Of a stretch of DNA of 50,376 bases, positions 45,097 to 50,376 are shown piece by piece; positions within the stretch are counted from its first letter, which is position 1, and each line of letters begins with the position of its first letter. This DNA comes from Bdellovibrionales bacterium (GTDB lineage: Bacteria > Bdellovibrionota > Bdellovibrionia > Bdellovibrionales > JAMPXM01). The translations under genes and the position numbers were made by a program. The DNA is taken from the NCBI GenBank assembly GCA_043716655.1, contig JAYSYF010000076.1:1-50376 (forward strand), given 5' to 3'. The notes below the pieces were generated by a model that saw only the letters and a program-made list of their open reading frames with translations, was not told the DNA's origin and made no database searches.

Positions 45097-45419
45097 CCGG
45101 CCCCACTCTCTTCCGCAGTCGAGATACAAAGTGTCTCTACTTTGACAACGTTCGAGCCTCCGTGTCGAGTTCGCCGGACGAGTTTTTAGTGTCCAGCTAA
45201 AAGTAGCGCTTCGTAGCGGGGGTTCGCTGTCCCGTCAGCAAAGACGAGTTTCGAAGCGACGCGCCCACGCGGGTAAGTCTAAATAACGAAAATGAAAATG
45301 CGGTCCCACTCTTTACAACAGCCGGAAAAGTACAACCCCACGATACCATTAGCATTCCCGGACTCACGGGTGACGGAATTAAATCTGAAATCATCCCGCT
45401 TTACGAAGCCCAGCACTCT

Positions 45420-45896
45420 TTGCCCGAGATTTCTCGCATCACCGGAATTTCGCGCACGCGCGTTCGAAGTGCGCTGATCGAAGCCGGCGTGTACCTGACG
45501 GCATCACCGAAGGGCACCAACGCTTCAGCGCGAAGACCCGCGGGCCAAGTCCGATGGAACTCGCCTTACGGGTTTAAGTACCAGCGCGGCCGGCTCGTGC
45601 CCCATCCACAAGAGTTCGGGACACTGCGGCTGATCTTGAAGTGGGCAAAGTCCGAATCGTCTTTCGAGGAGATGTCTTCTCGACTGAATGACCAAAAGCT
45701 TCGGCCAAGAAAGGCTGCGGCCTGGACCCGATTTACCGTGCGGCAAATCTTGAAGTGGCACGAAGCGCATCCCGAAGTACTTCGCACGCGCGAAGGCAAT
45801 GTGGTTACCCACGAGCCGTGGAAGACATCCGATGAAATGAAAAAGACTTTGATCCGTAAACCAAAAGCCAAAGGAAAAAAACGTGGGACTCGATAA
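45420..45896 (+). mobile_element. serine-recombinase-family fragment (HTH plus Recombinase domain, no catalytic domain)
   Basis: PYGFKYQRGRLVPHPQEFGTLRLILKWAKSESSFEEMSSRLNDQKLRPRKAAAWTRFTVRQILKW fits the Recombinase-domain pattern of large serine recombinases, and it is preceded by an HTH (LPEISRITGISRTRVRSAL). The frame is open back to a stop at 45204 with no ATG/GTG; the first start is TTG 45420. The Ser-nucleophile resolvase domain is absent. Confidence 0.5.
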
Positions 45897-46086
45897 CATC
45901 ATCAGAATCGCGGCGGCAATGACGATAGCCGCCGCATTGACTGGTCAGCTGCCGCGCATAACCAATGAAGTTCGCAAAGCACAACTAAAGCTGCTGCAGG
46001 AATCGAGGCGAGCAGCTGGGGAAAACTAGTCGTTGCAAAAAAGCGATGCAAAGAGCCTTAGGACTTTGCAGGTTGCAAAAGCGATC

Positions 46087-46506
46087 ATGCGCAGATTGTT
46101 TTCACCCCGTGAGCCTCAAGACAGCCAAATGTTGCGCGGCCTCAAGTTGCTTCTCGTCGAGGATTCACCGGACAACCAAATGCTAATCACTCTATATTTG
46201 AATAAAGTTGGAGCCGAAGTAAAGGTCGCTTCTGATGGCGCTACTGGGGTTGAGCTTGCTTTGGCAGAAAACTTTGATGCTGTGCTGATGGATGTTCAAA
46301 TGCCCATCCTCGATGGTCATGAAGCCACACGGAAGCTCCGCAACTTGAAATACTCGAAACCGATCATTGCTCTAACAGCCCATGCACTGAAAGAAGAGCG
46401 GGCAAAATGCTTTGAATCCGGGTTCACAGAATTTCTAACCAAACCCATTCAGCGGGATCTGCTGATTGAAGTGTTGTCACGTTACGTGAAAAAAGTAGGA
46501 GTTTAG
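46087..46506 (+). CDS. single-domain response regulator (REC)
   Basis: LLLVEDSPDNQ...AVLMDVQMPILDGHE...IIALTAHA...LTKP. I prefer ATG 46087 over the TTG at 46033. Confidence 0.8.
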   Translation: MRRLFSPREPQDSQMLRGLKLLLVEDSPDNQMLITLYLNKVGAEVKVASDGATGVELALAENFDAVLMDVQMPILDGHEATRKLRNLKYSKPIIALTAHALKEERAKCFESGFTEFLTKPIQRDLLIEVLSRYVKKVGV

Positions 46507-46524
46507 TTGAACGACAGACTTGGA

Positions 46525-46983
46525 TTAATTTTTGAGCTCCCTTTTCTGCCGGTAAAGCTCAATGAAGATGTTGACCTTGCTCTTGACCGCTTCGGGATCG
46601 AGTGGCTTGAGGAGAAAATCCACCGCGCCGACTTCATACCCCTCAAACCAGAAGCTCTGGCTATTGGCGTTCGCAGTCACAAAGATAATCGGGATGTCTT
46701 TGGTCTTTTTCGGCCCTCGCATGAGTTCAGCGAGTTCAAATCCGCTCATGCCGGGCATTTGGACATCGATGAGCGCTACGGCAATTTCATGGGAAAACAT
46801 GAATTCCAATGCCTGGGTTCCGGAATTGGCTTTGAAAACAGTGACGTCATCCCTCTTGAGTAGTGCATCTAAGGCAAGAAGATTGTCCTTCCGATCATCG
46901 ACGAGGAGAAGCTTGATCTGATCGGACCTGTTCCGGTACTTGGGTTTCTTAAGATCTGATTCTTTCGGGCTTGGGCTCATCAT
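46525..46983 (-). CDS. CheY-like response regulator
   Basis: LLLVDDRKDNL...ALIDVQMPGMSGFE...IIFVTA...LLKP. Overlaps the cheB stop by 4 nt. Confidence 0.85.
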   Translation of the reverse strand: MMSPSPKESDLKKPKYRNRSDQIKLLLVDDRKDNLLALDALLKRDDVTVFKANSGTQALEFMFSHEIAVALIDVQMPGMSGFELAELMRGPKKTKDIPIIFVTANANSQSFWFEGYEVGAVDFLLKPLDPEAVKSKVNIFIELYRQKRELKN

Positions 46984-47642
46984 AGCGCGTTCGTTCCCGT
47001 CTTTTCTTGAGTGGCGAGCAGCACGCCGTCACCACCTTTAAGTCTCAAAAGAAAATGTGCAATTTCATCGAGCGATAGAACCTGTTCAACTGAGGGGGAA
47101 AGTAAAGCGCATGCCGCTTCGGGCATAGAGCGAACTTGAGCGGTGGCAGGGTCTTGGATTAATGCAAGACCCCCCGCCTCTTGAATTCGCTTCAGTCCCG
47201 CGGCCCCGTCCTGATTGGCTCCCGTGAGAAGCACTCCCACCAATTGGCTACCAAAGGAATCTGCAGCTGATTCAAACAAGACATCAATGGACGGGCGTGC
47301 GTACTGCACGGGATCTTCCTGAGATAGCGAGAGGGTCAGGTCGCGCTCAACGAGAAGATGATAGCCGGGACACGCAAAGTAAACCGTCCCTGGCTGAAGT
47401 GCCTCTTTCTCGTCAGCGTCTTTGACTCGAAGTTCGGTTTTTGATCCAAAAAGTTCCGAAAGAAGGCTCGGCTGGTCGCTAGGTATGTGAAGCACGATGA
47501 TAATGGGGAGAGGATAATACTTTGGCAAACGAGGTAGGATCTTTGCCAAGGCGTCAATGCCTCCTGCGGACGCTCCAATGACAACTGCCTTGAATCGGCC
47601 TAAGGAAGTGATCTCCCCTTTTATTTCTTCATTCATCTGCAC
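46980..47642 (-). CDS. cheB: CheB-type protein-glutamate methylesterase (catalytic domain only, no REC)
   Basis: VVIGASAGGIDAL, IIIVLHIP, VYFACPGYHL, ARPSIDVLFESAA, LLTGANQDGAAGL. Confidence 0.9.
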   Translation of the reverse strand: MQMNEEIKGEITSLGRFKAVVIGASAGGIDALAKILPRLPKYYPLPIIIVLHIPSDQPSLLSELFGSKTELRVKDADEKEALQPGTVYFACPGYHLLVERDLTLSLSQEDPVQYARPSIDVLFESAADSFGSQLVGVLLTGANQDGAAGLKRIQEAGGLALIQDPATAQVRSMPEAACALLSPSVEQVLSLDEIAHFLLRLKGGDGVLLATQEKTGTNAL

Positions 47643-47654
47643 TCTCTCCAGCGA

Positions 47655-48515
47655 TTACTTCTTTTGAAAAATTCGATCCGCTTTCACGAAGGGATCAAAG
47701 TATTTTTCGTGTTGTGAAAACTGAATTGTTTCTTTGGAGCCCAAACCTAAAAAACCTTTGCGGCAAAGCGACTCGTGGAAAAGGCCAAACGCCCTGTCCT
47801 GAAGCTCGCGATCAAAATAGATGAGAACATTTCGGCAAGAAATTAGGTGTGTTTCTGAAAACACCGCATCGGTCGCTAGGCTATGATTCGCGAAGGTGAT
47901 ATTTTTTTTTAAAGCGCCTTTGAATTTCACCGAATCAGAATCAGCCGTGTAGTAGTCCGAAAGCGAGCTTTTTCCCCCGGACTTTTGATAGTTCCGAGTG
48001 AACTTCTGGATATCTTCCAAATCAAAAATGCCTTTTTCAGCCTTATCAAGACTTCTTTGGTTGATATCGGTTGCGTACAGGATCGTGCGGTCGAGCAGCT
48101 GTTCTTCTTGAAGTAAGACAGCCAGAGAATAGACCTCTTCTCCCGTGCTGCATCCGGCGACCCAAATCTTTAGCGAAGGATAGGTCTTTAGGACCGGAAT
48201 CACCCTTTCTCGAAGTGCGAGAAAATAAGAGGGATCGCGATACATCTCGCTGACTGGAATCGTTAGCAATTGAAGCAGATCATAAAAGCACTCCGAATCC
48301 TGGAGGACTTTTTCTTGAAGCATCAAGAGGTTCGGGCACTTCATTCGATTCATCGCCTGAACCAGCCTCCGCTTCATCGAAGCTTGCGAGTAGTGCCGAA
48401 AATCGTAGCTATACTTGAGGTTAATCGCTTCCAGTAGGAGCTTCAGTTCAATGTCAAATTCCCGGGTGAGAGTACGCTCCATGAACCTTAATCTCTTCCC
48501 AATTTTGGCATCCAA
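47655..48515 (-). CDS. cheR: CheR-type protein-glutamate O-methyltransferase
   Basis: IWVAGCSTGEEVYSLAVLL, ILYATDIN, NVLIYFD. Overlaps the upstream kinase gene by 28 nt. Confidence 0.9.
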   Translation of the reverse strand: MDAKIGKRLRFMERTLTREFDIELKLLLEAINLKYSYDFRHYSQASMKRRLVQAMNRMKCPNLLMLQEKVLQDSECFYDLLQLLTIPVSEMYRDPSYFLALRERVIPVLKTYPSLKIWVAGCSTGEEVYSLAVLLQEEQLLDRTILYATDINQRSLDKAEKGIFDLEDIQKFTRNYQKSGGKSSLSDYYTADSDSVKFKGALKKNITFANHSLATDAVFSETHLISCRNVLIYFDRELQDRAFGLFHESLCRKGFLGLGSKETIQFSQHEKYFDPFVKADRIFQKK

Positions 48516-50376
48516 ACTCGAATGAGCGAGAAGAGCTGATGAAGATCGATGGGCTTAGCGAGGTAATCATTCACGCCTGCTTCCATGCAAAGCGCTTGAT
48601 CGCTCTTCGTGGCTTTAGCAGTCACGGCGATGATGGGAAGTCTTGCGAATCGTTTTTGTTTTCGAATTTCGCGGGTTGCTTGAAAGCCATCCATCTCGGG
48701 CATCATGATGTCCATGAGGACGAGATCAATGCGAGGATCTTCTTCCAGTTTCGCGAGTGCTTCCTTACCATTTCTCGCGACCACAACATTGGCACTTTTT
48801 TGCTCCAAGGCCGCAGTGAGCGCAAAGATGTTCCTGATATCATCATCGACGACGAGAATCTTCCTGGCCTCGAAGTCATTTTCTCTATTGCGCACAGTTT
48901 TTAGCATCTGTCGCCTTTCGGGCGAAAGTTGAGATTCGACACGGTGAAGAAAAAGGCTGACTTCGTCGAGAAGTCTCTCGGGGGACTTGGCTCCTTTAAT
49001 GATGATCGCGCGAGAATACTTCCTAAGCTCGTCTTCTTCGTCACGAGAAAGTGAGCGCCCGGTATAGACGATGACAGGCGGGAAGGAGGCCAGTTCTTCT
49101 TGCTCAGTCATTTTTCCGAGGAGCTGTTCGCCTGACATATCCGGGAGTTTTAGATCAATCACCATGCAGTCGTAGATCGTCTTCTTGAGAGCATCGAGAG
49201 CCTCGCTCGCGAGGCCCACAGCAGTGATCTCGACATCAGGATCATTGATAAGTTTCACCATGCTTTCTCTTTGAAGCTTGTCGTCCTCGACGATCAAAAC
49301 CCGCTTCATTTTCTGGGACAGCTTGGATTCGATCTTGGCAAAAGCTTCTTTAAGTTCCTCGCGTTTGGCGGGCTTCATGACGTACCCAATCGCTCCCATC
49401 CGAAGGGCTTTTTCCATGTAGTCATGAGCGGACGCGATATGGACCGGAATGTGCCTTGTCGTTGGATCTTCTTTGAGCTGATCGAGGACCGTCAGCCCCG
49501 AATGATCGGGAAGCTGCATATCGAGTAAAATCGCATCTGGAAGAAGACCTTGAGCCAGCTCAAGTCCCTCTTCAGCGCTTTGCGCGACCACACACTTGTA
49601 ATGAAACTCGTGGGCTAGCTCAAAAAGAATCTTAGCAAACTGCGGCTCATCTTCGATCACCAAAAGCGTGCGCCCAGGCGAGCGAGAAGGACGAGCAAGA
49701 GCGCCTCGATCATCCGAGAAAGGCGCAGGCTTGGCGCGCTTGACTTGCGGCTTCGGCACTACTTGCGGCTCCGCCGTGTCTGCGGAAGAAATGGAGCCCG
49801 TAGCGGCGGTTGATGATGAGTAGACTTTCGGAGAAGCGGCCTCAATGCAGGACTCGTCATAGGTCTCAGGCAAGAAAAGGGTGAAACGGCTTCCTTCACC
49901 GGGCCTGCTTTCGACCTCAACAGTTCCGCCGAGGAGTCTTGCTAGATCTCGCGAGATTGAAAGCCCAAGGCCCGTGCCCCCGTATTTTCGGTTCGTCATT
50001 CCATCGGCTTGACGAAACGCCTCAAAGATCACTTCTTGCTGGGCCTTTGGGACGCCGATACCGGTATCGCTCACCGAAAACGACAGTCTTTTTTCAGGGC
50101 TTTTTTCAGGGCTTTTTTCAGGGCTGCCGTCGGGGACCCGAGATATGTGAAGCGTGACCTCGCCCTTTTCCGTGAACTTAATCGCATTGGAAAGCAGGTT
50201 CTTTAGGATTTGCTCCAGTCGTTGACGATCCGTGAGCATCGTCTCAGGTAGGCCAGGGTCGGTCTTGATTTGAAACTTGAGATTCTTTTCAATCGCGAAA
50301 GGTCGGAAGGTGTTCTCTAGGCTTTTTAAAACCTTGGGAAGAAAAACGCTTTCCGGCCTGATCTCAAGCTTTCCGA
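48488..50376 (-). CDS. hybrid histidine kinase, C-terminal part (HATPase plus three REC domains); 5' end outside the window
   Basis: The frame is open to the window edge. N-box LKNLLSNAIKFT, DTGIGV, GGTGLGLSI. Three receivers follow (LLVIEDEPQ..LLDMQLPD, VLIVEDDKL..VIDLKLPD, ILVVDDDIR..LMDIMMPEMDG). Confidence 0.9.
   Translation of the reverse strand, partial: GKLEIRPESVFLPKVLKSLENTFRPFAIEKNLKFQIKTDPGLPETMLTDRQRLEQILKNLLSNAIKFTEKGEVTLHISRVPDGSPEKSPEKSPEKRLSFSVSDTGIGVPKAQQEVIFEAFRQADGMTNRKYGGTGLGLSISRDLARLLGGTVEVESRPGEGSRFTLFLPETYDESCIEAASPKVYSSSTAATGSISSADTAEPQVVPKPQVKRAKPAPFSDDRGALARPSRSPGRTLLVIEDEPQFAKILFELAHEFHYKCVVAQSAEEGLELAQGLLPDAILLDMQLPDHSGLTVLDQLKEDPTTRHIPVHIASAHDYMEKALRMGAIGYVMKPAKREELKEAFAKIESKLSQKMKRVLIVEDDKLQRESMVKLINDPDVEITAVGLASEALDALKKTIYDCMVIDLKLPDMSGEQLLGKMTEQEELASFPPVIVYTGRSLSRDEEDELRKYSRAIIIKGAKSPERLLDEVSLFLHRVESQLSPERRQMLKTVRNRENDFEARKILVVDDDIRNIFALTAALEQKSANVVVARNGKEALAKLEEDPRIDLVLMDIMMPEMDGFQATREIRKQKRFARLPIIAVTAKATKSDQALCMEAGVNDYLAKPIDLHQLFSLIRVWMPKLGRD
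50089..50124. repeat. perfect 12-nt tandem repeat x3 inside the kinase ATPase domain
   Basis: TTTTTTCAGGGC x3 on the plus strand, which encodes (SPEK)x3 in the ATP-lid region (GSPEKSPEKSPEKRLSF). Confidence 0.9.

Noticed and set aside
45216-45236. GCGGGGGTTCGCTGTCCCGTC resembles a tRNA T-arm (GGTTCG) and sits next to the recombinase fragment, so it could be an att-site relic.
   Set aside because: The loop would be 8 nt rather than 7. I cannot fold acceptor, D or anticodon arms from the flanking sequence, so there is no support for a tRNA or tRNA fragment.
1-50376. Looked for CRISPR arrays, rRNA/tRNA genes, IS elements with terminal inverted repeats, and long dispersed repeats.
   Set aside because: By eye I saw no regularly spaced direct repeats, no rRNA-like or cloverleaf-forming segments, and no transposase ORF. 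The only dispersed repeat I could verify by hand is the copA 3' end pair. A computational self-dot-plot and tRNAscan/Infernal run would be needed to be sure.

Overview
Gene-dense 50.4-kb bacterial chromosomal window, roughly 50% GC by eye. The many Sec and lipoprotein signal peptides, outer-membrane (OM) beta-barrel proteins and a ferroportin-type transporter suggest a Bdellovibrio-like organism, but the taxon is inference only. I saw no rRNA, tRNA or CRISPR array. Layout: (i) 1-14.9 kb holds uncharacterised secreted, lipoprotein and OM beta-barrel genes, a stress pair (BON plus YflT-like), a class-3-lipase-like gene, a prohibitin gene and a run of decayed genes (DUF1996-like, TPMT-like, an OMP fragment). 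(ii) 14.9-43.4 kb is a large copper/heavy-metal homeostasis island. It contains cueR plus a multicopper-oxidase::CopB fusion, divergent from a P1B copper ATPase, with two CueR-type 19-bp-spacer promoters between them. It also contains a mntP remnant and a six-gene translationally coupled operon (cusC-cusB-cusA-alcohol dehydrogenase-P2 ATPase-CoA transferase). A CsoR-centred divergon follows. Its leftward arm encodes four exported proteins (an unknown, a dihaem cytochrome c lipoprotein, an ankyrin plus cupredoxin-like fusion, and YceI). Its rightward arm encodes exported His-motif proteins, a second HME-RND pump with an outer-membrane factor (OMF) but no recognisable membrane-fusion protein (MFP), and a ferroportin-like exporter. 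(iii) 43.4-50.4 kb holds signalling genes: a hybrid histidine kinase, a serine-recombinase fragment, a receiver (REC) protein, and a REC-CheB-CheR cluster behind a multi-REC hybrid kinase that runs off the window. A 73-nt copy of the copA 3' end lies 23.3 kb downstream in direct orientation and brackets most of the island. The best candidates for something undescribed are the MFP-less RND/OMF/ferroportin operon with its small exported proteins, and the CsoR-linked periplasmic ankyrin-cupredoxin/cytochrome c/YceI operon.
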